The notes: a model not told the origin generated them from the letters alone. Positions 50,926-61,364 are shown, counted from the stretch's first letter. The stretch is DNA of 64,000 bases from Candidatus Poribacteria bacterium (GCA_036339735.1 JAYZAL010000038.1:11023-75022); one strand, 5' to 3'. Numbers and translations are program-made.

Positions 50926-51918
50926 CTATTTGTAACGAACCCTTGGATCTAAAAAAGGATAACTCAAGTCAACCAGTAGAGCTGCAGTAGCAATACCAAC
51001 AATTGAAAAAATAGTTATACCTAGAATTAAATTAAAATCTGCCTGAAAGACTCCCATATACAGGGAATACCCAATCCCAGGGTAACTAAAAACAATCTCG
51101 ATGATCAATGCACCACCAAAGACAGATCCCAGAGAAAGCCCTAAATCAGTTATCTGAGGTAGCATGGTATTCCTTGTGATGTAAAAAAGGACGATTCTCC
51201 ACTTTTCCAAACCTGCAGTTTCGGCGTATTTGACGTAATCGCTGCCAATAACGGTAGTGGTTAAGGCCTTAGCCATGATAAATCGAAATGCAGTTGAGAG
51301 GAAAATCAATGAAGTAGCAGGTAATAGACTGTGCTCAAAAATACTGCTGATATATGCCCAACTTAATGCGGGTTTTCCTGAGGCTCCACCTACTAGTGGA
51401 AAAATAGGAAAATAGTAAGAAAAAATCATTACTAAAATCAGGGCTAGTATGTAATGCGGAATAGGATAAATTGAGATAAATACCTTGTCAATAATTTGCC
51501 ACTTTACACTTGACGGAGAGTAACCAGCCAAAGTACCAAGAATTACACCAAGTAACCAAGAGATCAAAGTAGAAGTCGTCAGTAATCCCACTGTCCACGG
51601 TAATCCTTTAGCAATAATTTCAGTAACTGGTGTAGGAAAAGAACTTAGCGATGGGCCAAGGTCTCCTCTTACTAACCGTTTCCAAAAGTTGATATACTGG
51701 TCTAGTTGGGTTCCACCTAAACCGTATAGATCAGCTAAAACTTCCTTTAGATTTTCTACAGCTCTAGGATCTAGTGTCTGCAAACTACCCAAAGAACTAA
51801 GAGTCCTTTCAACTGGATCACCAGGAATCATTCTGGGAATAATGAAAGTAACAGTGATACCAATGAAGATTGTAATACCCCATTGACTAATTCGAGGTAT
51901 CAAATAACTCTTGAACAT
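50926..51918 (-). CDS. ABC transporter permease, OppB/DppB-like
   Basis: Six transmembrane segments with the family-typical N-terminal 'ITIFIGITVTFIIPRMIPGDP'. Confidence 0.75.
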   Translation of the reverse strand: MFKSYLIPRISQWGITIFIGITVTFIIPRMIPGDPVERTLSSLGSLQTLDPRAVENLKEVLADLYGLGGTQLDQYINFWKRLVRGDLGPSLSSFPTPVTEIIAKGLPWTVGLLTTSTLISWLLGVILGTLAGYSPSSVKWQIIDKVFISIYPIPHYILALILVMIFSYYFPIFPLVGGASGKPALSWAYISSIFEHSLLPATSLIFLSTAFRFIMAKALTTTVIGSDYVKYAETAGLEKWRIVLFYITRNTMLPQITDLGLSLGSVFGGALIIEIVFSYPGIGYSLYMGVFQADFNLILGITIFSIVGIATAALLVDLSYPFLDPRVRYK

Positions 51919-51927
51919 ATTTGCAGG

Positions 51928-53898
51928 CTATTCACTTGCCGTTTCAGGATCGATTGGTGTGAGGTGTTGTAAGGTAAATCTCCCACCACCAAACCAATAA
52001 AGCGGTTGAGTAAACGGATTTTCACTAGTTGGAAAGCCAGTCCAGTAATGCTCGTCAATAGTTACGAATTTCTTAAAGCTTATGGTGACGATTGAGTACA
52101 TATTCGCAAGCCACAATTTCATAAATGATTGACCCAGTTCTATCGAGCGAGGATCTTCAGGGTGGAGTTGATCTAATTCATCTATGATATGGTCCATTTG
52201 TTTTGATTTTATTCGTAAAATATTACTACTACCGTTACCGGCTGTGGATTTGCCGACCGGGGTATAAAAACGAGAGTGTAGGCCAAAAATCGCCTGCCAT
52301 TTATCACCTGTTACATCTCCAGCACTGGCATTGCCCCAACTGGAAGTAGATTCGAATTCACCCATGTATTCGCGTGTGCTGTATGGATCGCGCTGTAACG
52401 TTTCTAACTCCAACTTGAGGCCAAATTCAGCCCATTGGTCTTGGGCACCAATAGCTAATCGATAAATGTCTACTTCATCTGGAGCTACGATCATGCTGAC
52501 CGTCCACAATTTACCGTCTGGTTTTAGCCATTGACCATCAGAGTTACGAGCAAAGCCATTTTTCAGTAATAACCTTTCCGCCACTTTTGGATCATGCTTC
52601 CACCAACCGGTACCAAACATTAATCTTAATTCTTTAGCGTCAGTAGGTACAGTATAGCCTTGTTTCCTAGCCCATTTAGCAATTTGTTCTGGGATGGTAT
52701 CATCATATGGATGATATAACTCTCCGTCCTCAATCTCAATCTGGAATGATTTTAACCAACTTTCCATGGGATCATGATACAAATCCATCAGTTTGGGGGT
52801 AGCTGGCTGAGGAAGTGCTGTCACACGAGCAACACCACCGATATATTCCGTTTGTAGATCTACGATATCTAATGCTAAGGTCAAGGCCCATCGAACCTCC
52901 TTATTTTCTAGTATAGTCTCTTGACCTAAATTGAAACCAAAATACCTACAGGTCAATTCGTTTGGGTATGCCCAAGGAAAGGATTTGTACCAAGAACGAG
53001 CTTTAGGAGTCTTTCGAAGAACGGATTGAAAAGCCTCATAGTCAACATTCATAAAAAGATCTAGCTCGTGTCGGCCCATCGCCATAGCCTTACGTTCACT
53101 ACCACCGTAAAAAATACTCATAATGTAGGGAGGGCCGGATTTTCCTGTCAATATTCCCGCAGTAGTTCTTTTCCAGTCCTCGCGACGTTTAAATAACTCC
53201 CAGTATCCGGAGGGATCGGAATCAGCATATTCATAGGCTCCCAGAGAAACCAATGGATTATTAAACCTAAATGTCATTGGATCTTCAACGTTTTGCCAAA
53301 TATGCTTGGGTTGCATCCATATTGCGTTATACCTAACTTCAAAATAGTAGTGAAAGCGGGGGTTGGGAATCTTTAATTCGAAGACAGCAGTATATTTATC
53401 TAATTTGTTAGCTTTCTCAACGAACAAATCTAGCTCTGTGGACCAATTCATACCCAAGTTCGATTTTAAATTGTTAACGGTAAAAACTAAGTCTTCCGCA
53501 CTAAACTCTACACCATCGCTCCAATATACACCGGGACGTAGCTTGACAGTCATTTTTCGAAAATCTTCACTGTAAATCGGAGGTTCGATTGCTAAAGCAT
53601 TAATTTGTTCTCCTGTTTCTTGGTCAATATACCAGAGTGTGTCCATAATCAGACCTTGTCTGGTTGGGCTCGGTGGTCCTGGCATCCACAAATTAAAGTT
53701 CTCGACTACGCTGTAACGAAAAATTTGGTCTAGGACAAAAACTTCTTGACGTGGAATATCAATAGGAAGTTGTGATTTCGGGTTTGCTTTTGGCTTCTTG
53801 TTTTGATTGTCATTAGTGTTTCCACAGCCTAAATAAAATATGGTTGTAAAAATAAAAATTATTGTCCCGAATACAACATTTAATCGATTATTCACTTG
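51928..53898 (-). CDS. ABC transporter substrate-binding lipoprotein, family 5
   Basis: Lipobox 'YLGCGN'. 'KLRPGVYWSDGVEFSAEDLVFTVN'. Start trimmed to the GTG at ~53898, which has a GGAG Shine-Dalgarno. The ORF-track start at 53970 is a TTG lying inside the operator palindrome. Confidence 0.7.
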   Translation of the reverse strand, partial: QVNNRLNVVFGTIIFIFTTIFYLGCGNTNDNQNKKPKANPKSQLPIDIPRQEVFVLDQIFRYSVVENFNLWMPGPPSPTRQGLIMDTLWYIDQETGEQINALAIEPPIYSEDFRKMTVKLRPGVYWSDGVEFSAEDLVFTVNNLKSNLGMNWSTELDLFVEKANKLDKYTAVFELKIPNPRFHYYFEVRYNAIWMQPKHIWQNVEDPMTFRFNNPLVSLGAYEYADSDPSGYWELFKRREDWKRTTAGILTGKSGPPYIMSIFYGGSERKAMAMGRHELDLFMNVDYEAFQSVLRKTPKARSWYKSFPWAYPNELTCRYFGFNLGQETILENKEVRWALTLALDIVDLQTEYIGGVARVTALPQPATPKLMDLYHDPMESWLKSFQIEIEDGELYHPYDDTIPEQIAKWARKQGYTVPTDAKELRLMFGTGWWKHDPKVAERLLLKNGFARNSDGQWLKPDGKLWTVSMIVAPDEVDIYRLAIGAQDQWAEFGLKLELETLQRDPYSTREYMGEFESTSSWGNASAGDVTGDKWQAIFGLHSRFYTPVGKSTAGNGSSNILRIKSKQMDHIIDELDQLHPEDPRSIELGQSFMKLWLANMYSIVTISFKKFVTIDEHYWTGFPTSENPFTQPLYWFGGGRFTLQHLTPIDPETASE

Positions 53899-53956
53899 GT
53901 ACTCCAATCTCTCTATGATTTCATCGCTTAGTGTGAAATTACGTCTCTTCCTTATA

Positions 53957-53985
53957 TTAATATGACACAATCATAATTGTGTCAT
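53957..53985 (-). promoter_or_regulatory. Candidate promoter plus operator of the opp-like operon: a perfect 10-4-10 palindrome ATGACACAAT-cata-ATTGTGTCAT (53962-53985) whose left half provides a -35-like ATGACA, with a 17-nt spacer and a TATTAA -10
   Basis: Read directly on the minus strand. Located ~65-90 nt upstream of the probable GTG start. Confidence 0.4.
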
Positions 53986-54320
53986 ACCTAATCAAACTAT
54001 CGGGACGGTATCAGGTTTGAACATCCCTACAGATTACTTACCTGTAATCTCTTTTAGGCAATTAGATATAAATCTTTTATAATCAAACAACAACCGATTT
54101 CAGTATGATGTTTGTCACTGATAAAGCAAATCAAGTAACATACAATAGAGTAATCAGTTACTCTTGAATAAGGAATTCTCTTTCTGCAGATGAAATGTAA
54201 TCTTTATTCAATTTAGCTCTGAGTACTTTGTTGGTAACAAACTGGCCTATGCAAGCTTAACCTCAGTATCCTATTACAATAAAGCGAATTATACAAGGGA
54301 GCAAATATTAAAAAGCAGCG

Positions 54321-54349
54321 TTGACGCACTCAAAAAAACGGCGTACAAT
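54321..54349 (+). promoter_or_regulatory. Near-consensus sigma70 promoter: TTGACG-17 nt-TACAAT
   Basis: Read directly. Divergent from the opp-like operon. It overlaps the ORF-track TTG start of the downstream PhyH gene, which argues that the real start of that gene lies further downstream. Confidence 0.4.
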
Positions 54350-54383
54350 CACCGGAACCAATAGTTCAAGAATAGGTTTATTT

Positions 54384-55262
54384 GTGCAAAAAGAAAAAGT
54401 ACTTAGCGAAGAGCAACTGTGTTTCTGGGAAGAAAATGGATATGTAGTGGTAAAGAATGCAGTTCCAGAAGAAAATTTAACTGCTGTAATTGAAGCCATC
54501 TGGTCTTTCTTGGAAATTGATCCCAGTGATCAAGAAAATTGGTACGCCAAAACGCCACGTAGTTCGCAATATCCGGATTCTCCTATTTCTCAAGCTGGAA
54601 TGGTCGAAATTTACCAGCACCAGTCGCTCTGGGACAATCGCCAATACCCACGTATTCATCAAGCTTTCGCTCAGATTTGGCAAACTGAAAAACTCTGGGT
54701 TTCACTAGATCGTGCTAACATGAAACCACCTACTCGTTCACAAAATCCAGAATGGAACAATTACGGTATGATACATTGGGATGTCGATACCTCTCAGAAA
54801 CCAATTCCGTTTGGTGTGCAGGGCGTTCTTTACTTGACTGATACAGCCGAAAATCAAGGTGGATTTCAGTGCGTTCCCGGATTTCATCATACTTTCTATG
54901 ATTGGGTCAAGAGTCAACCAGTTGACCGTAACCCAAGAGTTCCTGACCTGAATGGATTGGATGTCAAATCAATTGCAGGACAAGCTGGTGATTTGCTAAT
55001 TTGGCATCGTTTACTAGCCCACGGTAACGGTCATAATACAGCGACGCAACCACGTTTAGCACAATACATTACTATGTCACCGATTAATAAAAATACACCT
55101 TTGTTCCAACAAAGGTGTGTAGAGCGTATTGAAGCCTGGCGTCAGCGTCGACCGACCTCAGGTTGGCCAGGAGACCCTAGAGATTGGGAGCACCACAATT
55201 GTCAAACGGCTCAATTAACTTCCTTAGGACGAAAGTTGTTAGGGGTAGATATATGGGAATAA
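54384..55262 (+). CDS. PhyH-family dioxygenase (divergent member)
   Basis: 'EEQLCFWEENGYVVVKNAV' PhyH-type N-terminus. 'HWDVD' and 'LLAHGNGHN' His motifs. Start placed at the GTG downstream of the promoter; the exact start is uncertain. Confidence 0.55.
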   Translation: MQKEKVLSEEQLCFWEENGYVVVKNAVPEENLTAVIEAIWSFLEIDPSDQENWYAKTPRSSQYPDSPISQAGMVEIYQHQSLWDNRQYPRIHQAFAQIWQTEKLWVSLDRANMKPPTRSQNPEWNNYGMIHWDVDTSQKPIPFGVQGVLYLTDTAENQGGFQCVPGFHHTFYDWVKSQPVDRNPRVPDLNGLDVKSIAGQAGDLLIWHRLLAHGNGHNTATQPRLAQYITMSPINKNTPLFQQRCVERIEAWRQRRPTSGWPGDPRDWEHHNCQTAQLTSLGRKLLGVDIWE

Positions 55263-55470
55263 ATAAGATAAATTTTCTAAATATTTCATCAGGTCTCCTA
55301 AGAAGTCGAAAGGTAATACCTGTTTATTCATTGAGTATTTTAAATATTTGTCTAGATTGAGCCCCAGAGACCTGCATCTAGCAAGTCAATTTTGCGAAGA
55401 TCCTGATACTAGGAATAAATAAAATTGTACCAAATGTGTTTGCCTGCCTGACCGTGACAATGTTTATAAA

Positions 55471-56274
55471 TTGAGAGTAAGAGACATGAAAAATCGAATT
55501 TGTCAGTTAGTGATCATTAATATTCTTTTGTTACCTTTCTGTTTGAGTTTCTCGGCGGTAATTGATTTGGGTACGGTAGAAGTATCATATCTTTTTGAAG
55601 AAGGAAGAGGTAAGTTAGCAAAGGATGCATCTCCTAACAAGAGAAATGGCTCCTTGGAAGGTGGTGTTAAGTACGGACCTGGAAAGTTTGGACAAGGTTT
55701 GATTTACGATGGCAAGGACGATAACTTGATAGTCAGAAATTATCACGGTATTAGTGGGAAAAATCCGAGAACCATTTTGTATTGGTTCAAGAGTGCTAGT
55801 ACACGAGAACATTCTTGGGTTAAGTGGGGAGTAGTCGAACCAACCAGAAAGTATTATGTGAGGGCCCATGTGGCTGGTGCAATATGCTGGCTTCGAGTAG
55901 AAAACGCCGGTGGCAATAATTGGGGGGGAGATGACGTTTGCGACGGCAACTGGCATCACCATGCTATTGTTTTTCCCAAAGGATCTAAAGACGTTCAAGA
56001 CCACCAAATCTACGTTGATGGAAAATTAAATGGGAAGAACGGCGCAGCTAATCCTATGGATACCGATGGTGAAGGGCAGGAAGTTGTAATGGGCGATTTT
56101 TTGGCGCACCATGCTTTCATGCATGGCTCATTCGATGAAGTTGCCATCTTTAGCATTGCACTAACGAAAAAGCAGATTGAATTGGTTATGAACAACGGAC
56201 TAGCATCGGTTTTAGCCATCGATCACAAGGATAAACTTTCCACTAACTGGGGCTTGATTAAGTCTACTTATTAA
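55471..56274 (+). CDS. Secreted LamG (Laminin_G_3) domain protein
   Basis: Signal peptide. 'RTILYWFKS', 'WHHHAIVF', 'GSFDEVAIFSIAL' Laminin_G_3 motifs. Confidence 0.7.
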   Translation: MRVRDMKNRICQLVIINILLLPFCLSFSAVIDLGTVEVSYLFEEGRGKLAKDASPNKRNGSLEGGVKYGPGKFGQGLIYDGKDDNLIVRNYHGISGKNPRTILYWFKSASTREHSWVKWGVVEPTRKYYVRAHVAGAICWLRVENAGGNNWGGDDVCDGNWHHHAIVFPKGSKDVQDHQIYVDGKLNGKNGAANPMDTDGEGQEVVMGDFLAHHAFMHGSFDEVAIFSIALTKKQIELVMNNGLASVLAIDHKDKLSTNWGLIKSTY

Positions 56275-56385
56275 ATTTTTTGGATCGCAATACAGCGAAA
56301 AATGAATCGAGGCGCTAAAGCTTTCTCTTTATTTGTTAATACAAGAATAAAAACGTTCAATTGGAAATAAGTTAGATGGTTTAGC

Positions 56386-57993
56386 TTATTCTAGTTGTTG
56401 ATCTAGTTTATTTAAATCCGTATTTCTTAAGCTAAGATTGGCTTTATATTGATAATAAGTGTTGAGTACTTTTCCAACGTAACGCTCGGTCTCACGAATC
56501 AGAGGGATATCATGTTTGACCCGTCCAGGTCCAGCATTGTAGGCCGCTAACGCTAAGGCGTAATTACCATCATACCGATTTAGCATTTGGCGTAAGTACT
56601 TCGCACTGGCCTCTAGATTTCTTCTAGCATCGAACCGTTGATCTACTTTAGGGTCAATGGTTGGGGATAAAGGATCGTTGTACTCAGGCACTATCAAACC
56701 AAGATCTCTTGCTGTGGGTGCCATTAGTTGTCCCAACCCGACCGCACCACTTTTGGAAATGGCACTTGGTTGAAAGCTCGATTCCATTTTAATTAGAGCC
56801 ATCAGATATTCTACTGGGATTTGGAACTCCGTTGCTATCCGTTCTGTCCTAGATGAAGTTTGTGTGAGCATTACCTCATTTTGGGTTAACTCATCGTTTT
56901 TTTTGTCATTTCGAGGTGCAAGCCGATCGGTGTTTGATATCCGAAACTCTCTCTTGTTTGTTGATTTTTCTGTTTTTGTGATTACATTCCGATGTATGAA
57001 CTGGCCTATGGCGAAATTGAGCGACAGATAATGCCTAAAGTCTTGTTCGTCATACTGATAGGCATAATGTAAGGCTGTATCGAATTGTTCGATTGAAGCA
57101 CCAATTCTCCAACTTAAACGAGGTTGAGGTGTAATCGATGTTCCCAATAATTGTAGAGCAAATCCGCTTCTGATCCATAAACCATACTGGCCAATCTCAG
57201 CACCTAAGCGGCATTGCCAATCGTTAGCGATATTGGTACGGATATCTAAACCACTCCTAATATTCACTTGCAATCCATCTTTGGGTTGGCGCGTATACCA
57301 AAAGGTATCAATTTGGAGATTACTACTCCCATCAACGGACTGACCAACTCTTAGTGGTACCTGACTATCAATCAATAGTTCGTTCTTAACATTAGGATTA
57401 TCGTATACTGAACTGAGGCCAAGATAATGATAAACCAACCCTACCGATACTTTAGGATTGGGTCGTAAAATCAATCCAATATCGTAAGGATAGACAAAGG
57501 AACGTGCAATGGATCGGTCAGGTTTTAGATGAAGGTGTTGGCGAATGCCGAAATTAGCGCCGATTTGAACTTTGGCCCCTACAGATCGGGCTATTGTCAA
57601 CATAAGTTGATTATCGCCCCACATCTGCATACCGATAGGATTCTTACGACTAGAAGAAAAAAAACGGTCATAAGCCAATAAATCTGTTAGCCCAATACCC
57701 ACTGTGGCAAGAGAAAATGGTCTCTGGCCTTCAATTTGTATAGGAGATGTAAAAGCAAGTGCAGTTTGAGAGAAATCATAACTAAAATCGGACTGGCCCA
57801 GTAAAGCTACAGTAGCAGGATTGTTAAATAGGCCACTGGCTCCGTATGAGCTACTAGCTAATTGTCCACCTAAACCAATTGAACGCGCATCTAACGAGAC
57901 TTCAGCTGATACTTGACCGAATAGAAGTATACAACAGGCAGTAATGACAAGGAAAATGCTCGTCAAATAGTTTTCATTTTGGTTTGGTCTCAT
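56386..57993 (-). CDS. Exported protein with C-terminal lytic transglycosylase (SLT) domain and N-terminal beta-rich domain
   Basis: Signal peptide. SLT motif 'LIKMESSFQPSAISKSGAVGLGQLM' with catalytic Glu-Ser. 'AYNAGPGRV'. Confidence 0.7.
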   Translation of the reverse strand: MRPNQNENYLTSIFLVITACCILLFGQVSAEVSLDARSIGLGGQLASSSYGASGLFNNPATVALLGQSDFSYDFSQTALAFTSPIQIEGQRPFSLATVGIGLTDLLAYDRFFSSSRKNPIGMQMWGDNQLMLTIARSVGAKVQIGANFGIRQHLHLKPDRSIARSFVYPYDIGLILRPNPKVSVGLVYHYLGLSSVYDNPNVKNELLIDSQVPLRVGQSVDGSSNLQIDTFWYTRQPKDGLQVNIRSGLDIRTNIANDWQCRLGAEIGQYGLWIRSGFALQLLGTSITPQPRLSWRIGASIEQFDTALHYAYQYDEQDFRHYLSLNFAIGQFIHRNVITKTEKSTNKREFRISNTDRLAPRNDKKNDELTQNEVMLTQTSSRTERIATEFQIPVEYLMALIKMESSFQPSAISKSGAVGLGQLMAPTARDLGLIVPEYNDPLSPTIDPKVDQRFDARRNLEASAKYLRQMLNRYDGNYALALAAYNAGPGRVKHDIPLIRETERYVGKVLNTYYQYKANLSLRNTDLNKLDQQLE

Positions 57994-58019
57994 CCTAATT
58001 CTCTGGTAGTCTAAATAAT

Positions 58020-58880
58020 TTAGGAACCCAGTTTTATATAACGACGTGGGTCGACGCTCTTATTGTAACGCCGAATTTCAAAATGCAAATGTGGACCTGT
58101 AGAATAACCACTATTACCCGTTAGTGCTAGAACATGTCCTTTTTTGACCTTTTGCCCAACTTTTACGTAGATAATTGAAAGATGTCCGTAGGCCGTTTTA
58201 TAGCCACCTGAATGTTCAACAACCACAATGTTTCCATAACCCGGATCCCAACCAGCTCTTACTACTTTTCCATCTCTACAAGCATAGGTACGGGTACCTT
58301 TTCTGGCTCGAAAGTCTATTCCATGGTGAAACTTACGCATTCGAGAAATAGGGTGCTTTCGGTAACCATACTTAGAAGTCACTACCAGAGGAATCTTCAT
58401 CGGGTTACGAAAATGAATGTTAGATTGATCCGGAATCAGGATTTTTTGACCTGCTGGCAGATGGTCAGCAGATTGTAAATTATTAGCCAAAACTAGTTTG
58501 CCTACCGTCGTTTTATGACTGACTGCGATCTCGGATACAGTATCACCTCGTCTAACTTGATACCAGAGACCGTCGGTTTTTAGAATAGGATTGGCATTAG
58601 GAATAAATATCTTTTTGTCGATATAGAGTCGTCGGTCATTACGAATCCGGTTGGCATTAATGATTGACTCTTGAGAAACTCGATATTTTTGAGCAATATG
58701 ACTAATAGTGTCACCACTACGTACTCGATACCAAGCGCCTCTACTATGAACTTGCCCTACGATTAAAAATAATATCGTAGCACACGCCAAATGCGGCCAA
58801 TGTTTCGATAAGCGAAGGTTCAATATTCTAGAAAATAGATCAGGTCGGCACATATTCCACCTTATTGATACAAATAGCAA
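58020..58880 (-). CDS. LysM-LysM-M23 family peptidoglycan endopeptidase
   Basis: Two LysM repeats ('YRVRSGDTISHIAQKY', 'YQVRRGDTVSEIAVSH'). M23 motifs 'HHGIDF' and 'GPHLHFEIR'. Confidence 0.85.
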   Translation of the reverse strand: MLFVSIRWNMCRPDLFSRILNLRLSKHWPHLACATILFLIVGQVHSRGAWYRVRSGDTISHIAQKYRVSQESIINANRIRNDRRLYIDKKIFIPNANPILKTDGLWYQVRRGDTVSEIAVSHKTTVGKLVLANNLQSADHLPAGQKILIPDQSNIHFRNPMKIPLVVTSKYGYRKHPISRMRKFHHGIDFRARKGTRTYACRDGKVVRAGWDPGYGNIVVVEHSGGYKTAYGHLSIIYVKVGQKVKKGHVLALTGNSGYSTGPHLHFEIRRYNKSVDPRRYIKLGS

Positions 58881-58891
58881 CTAGCTATCAA

Positions 58892-59329
58892 TTAAACTCC
58901 AGTAACAGTCAACAAAACTGTCTTAGTTTCGGTTAAAATTTGTGTTCTAGCATCTAAACCATCATCAGAAACAGCACGCTTGATGCCAGTTACTACAACA
59001 TGAATTACCTCTATGCTCTCTAGAGAATTGAGCCCTTTAGGGGCTGCCCACGAAACATTCGGAAGGTCGTTTTCTTCTCCTAGTTTCCCATATCCAGTAA
59101 CATTGATCCAAGCAATTCGTACCTGTGTATTAGCCGGTGGATCAAATTTAACTGCTAGATCAATAGTCTCACCGGGTGAAATAGTAGTGTGATCGGTCTC
59201 AATTTTCACATTCAATCCACCACTAATTTCTTCTTCTTGACTGCCAACGGTATTACCTACACTACTACCACCACACCCAGACCACACTGACAACAAGAAC
59301 AATAAGCACCAGATGGGTAATCTGTTCAT
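58892..59329 (-). CDS. Lipoprotein, unknown function
   Basis: 'MNRLPIWCLLFLLSVWSGCGG' signal plus lipobox. Start trimmed to the internal ATG, which has a GGGA Shine-Dalgarno. Confidence 0.4.
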   Translation of the reverse strand: MNRLPIWCLLFLLSVWSGCGGSSVGNTVGSQEEEISGGLNVKIETDHTTISPGETIDLAVKFDPPANTQVRIAWINVTGYGKLGEENDLPNVSWAAPKGLNSLESIEVIHVVVTGIKRAVSDDGLDARTQILTETKTVLLTVTGV

Positions 59330-59406
59330 TTCCCATTTTGTCACTTGATTACACAAAAACTGCAAATATGCGGTCATTTGCTTCCTCCAGAAGGATAAAA
59401 ATTATT

Positions 59407-60105
59407 TCAAACATTGTATTGAGCTTCGTAGACCCAAATTTTTGTCGTTCGGCCTTCGAAGGTTATTGGGTATCTATAGCGAACAGTATGGAAGCCTGCA
59501 TCGGCTAAGCAAGCAGGAAAGTTCTTCGCATTGGTACGACCAGGCTCGGAAAAAAATGCTCGACCACCATCTGCTAAATGTAACTTGATAAAAGATATAA
59601 TCGGTTGCCAACTGTCTGTCTCATACAGAATATCCGCCGCGAGAATAACCGAGAATTTCCTCGGCAAAAAGCAAGAAGATGACCAGTCCATTTGAACGTA
59701 AGTCCCGTCGTAACCGTTTCTTAAAGTGTTGTATTGAGCAAACAATAAAGACTCTGATACCCAGTCAGCAAAAACGAGTCTAGCTCCCTGCTGACAGGCG
59801 ATTATCCCAGCAAGACCCATGCCACATCCAAGATCCAACACTGACGCACCACTGATATTATCGTAAGTTGCCAAATGGTAAGCTAATCCTAAACTCGAGC
59901 TCCAAATTGTTGCCCAATAAGGGAATGTAGAAATCTGGTCTGTTTTGAAATTTTCCAACAGTTGAGCAGGTTCTTCGACCACCATCATTTTAAGTCCACC
60001 TGCTGGGGTATTAATTTTTTGGTCTGCCACTTGATATTTCTGCAAAATTTTGCGTCTTAATTCACTTTTTAAATCGATATTGAGGTTCAAATGTTTAGCA
60101 GACAA
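59407..60105 (-). CDS. SAM-dependent methyltransferase (Methyltransf_16 / protein-lysine MTase-like)
   Basis: 'VLDLGCGMGLAGIIACQQGARLVFADW' motif I with acidic motif II. Confidence 0.55.
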   Translation of the reverse strand: MSAKHLNLNIDLKSELRRKILQKYQVADQKINTPAGGLKMMVVEEPAQLLENFKTDQISTFPYWATIWSSSLGLAYHLATYDNISGASVLDLGCGMGLAGIIACQQGARLVFADWVSESLLFAQYNTLRNGYDGTYVQMDWSSSCFLPRKFSVILAADILYETDSWQPIISFIKLHLADGGRAFFSEPGRTNAKNFPACLADAGFHTVRYRYPITFEGRTTKIWVYEAQYNV

Positions 60106-60164
60106 CTATGGGCTCCTGAATTCTTCAGGTGAAAATATTTAGTTAATGCAATGATCCAAACGAT

Positions 60165-60173
60165 CTGCTATAA
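60165..60173 (+). promoter_or_regulatory. Extended -10 promoter element TGcTATAAT upstream of the FGE gene
   Basis: Read directly. A 6-bp inverted repeat CCTGAA-ttc-TTCAGG lies at 60114-60128, ~40 nt upstream. Confidence 0.3.
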
Positions 60174-60239
60174 TATCACGAACTCAAAGAGACGGGCAAT
60201 AACAGGCAATACCGTCGCTGATCTTAATCAGAGGAAGGC

Positions 60240-61364
60240 ATGAACAATCAGGCTCACAATTATGTTAGTGGATTCAGTCGACCCACTATGAACCGCCAAT
60301 ATTGGACCCATAAAATCTGGCCTCATACAACTTGGTTAGTTTGCACTCTTTTTACATTTCTCCTAGTATCTTGTGGTGGTCAACAACAGAGTAATTCAGA
60401 TGGAAATTCAAATGGAGGAGTACTGACGAAACTTCCTAAACTGATTCGAAAAGATGAAGTTTCTGGCCAGTGGGTAGTGGCAAGTAGAAAAAATGCCGAG
60501 ATGGTACTAGTCCCAGCGGGTACGTTTTTAATGGGCACATCAAAGAGCATGTCTGATCGTATAGCCAGTGGGTATTCGATGAATTTTTGGGATGAAATGC
60601 CTCAACACAAAGTTACTGTTCGGGATTTCTATATCGATCGCCACGAAGTGACTAATGAGGCCTATAATAAGTATCTGAAAGAGCAAGGTGGCACTAGCCC
60701 ACGTTTTTGGAGGGACCCAAAGTTTAATCATCCTAGACAACCGATCGTTGGTGTTAGTTGGGATGATGCAACTGACTATGCACGTTGGCTTGGCAAACGA
60801 CTCCCGACCGAAGCTGAGTGGGAGAAAGCTGCTTGCTGGGATTGGGAACGGGCCGAAGAATTGAATATCCCTACGGATGCCACGTTATGGGATGAGGCTA
60901 TTTTGCGAGATGCTGTCAAGTGTGTGCAAATTTATCCTTGGGGTAATGCGGTGCTTGAAAACCGCCTTAATTTCAAGCGAACCAACGACCGACCTACTAT
61001 TGTTGGTTTATATGGGCCAGGTCCAAATGATGGATCTAGTCCGTATGAAGCTTATGATATGGCTGGAAATGCCTCAGAATGGGTAGCAGATCTCTATGAT
61101 GTTGGTTACTACTCCAAAGCACCGGTCAATAACCCAACGAAAACTAGTGCTGGTAGCCGGTTTACACCTGACGGTCGAGTTACCTACACTGGTGGCATTG
61201 AACACCGAGTACATAGGGGGGGAATGTGGAATGAATGGCGGATGAAAGAGCTAGATGTCCGATCTGCTCGACGTTTGCACGCTCCACCTGAAACTCGTTC
61301 GCCTGGAATTGGTTTTCGATGTGCAATTGACGTTGATCAAGTAAGAACAGATTTAGGATTGTAG
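60240..61364 (+). CDS. Formylglycine-generating enzyme (FGE/SUMF1) family protein, lipoprotein
   Basis: 'VPAGTFLMGT...HKVTVRDFYIDRHEVTNEAY...RQPIVGVSWDDATDYARWLGKRLPTEAEWEKAA' are FGE-sulfatase domain motifs. Transmembrane segment plus lipobox 'LLVSCGG'. Alternative ATG at 60288. Confidence 0.75.
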   Translation: MNNQAHNYVSGFSRPTMNRQYWTHKIWPHTTWLVCTLFTFLLVSCGGQQQSNSDGNSNGGVLTKLPKLIRKDEVSGQWVVASRKNAEMVLVPAGTFLMGTSKSMSDRIASGYSMNFWDEMPQHKVTVRDFYIDRHEVTNEAYNKYLKEQGGTSPRFWRDPKFNHPRQPIVGVSWDDATDYARWLGKRLPTEAEWEKAACWDWERAEELNIPTDATLWDEAILRDAVKCVQIYPWGNAVLENRLNFKRTNDRPTIVGLYGPGPNDGSSPYEAYDMAGNASEWVADLYDVGYYSKAPVNNPTKTSAGSRFTPDGRVTYTGGIEHRVHRGGMWNEWRMKELDVRSARRLHAPPETRSPGIGFRCAIDVDQVRTDLGL

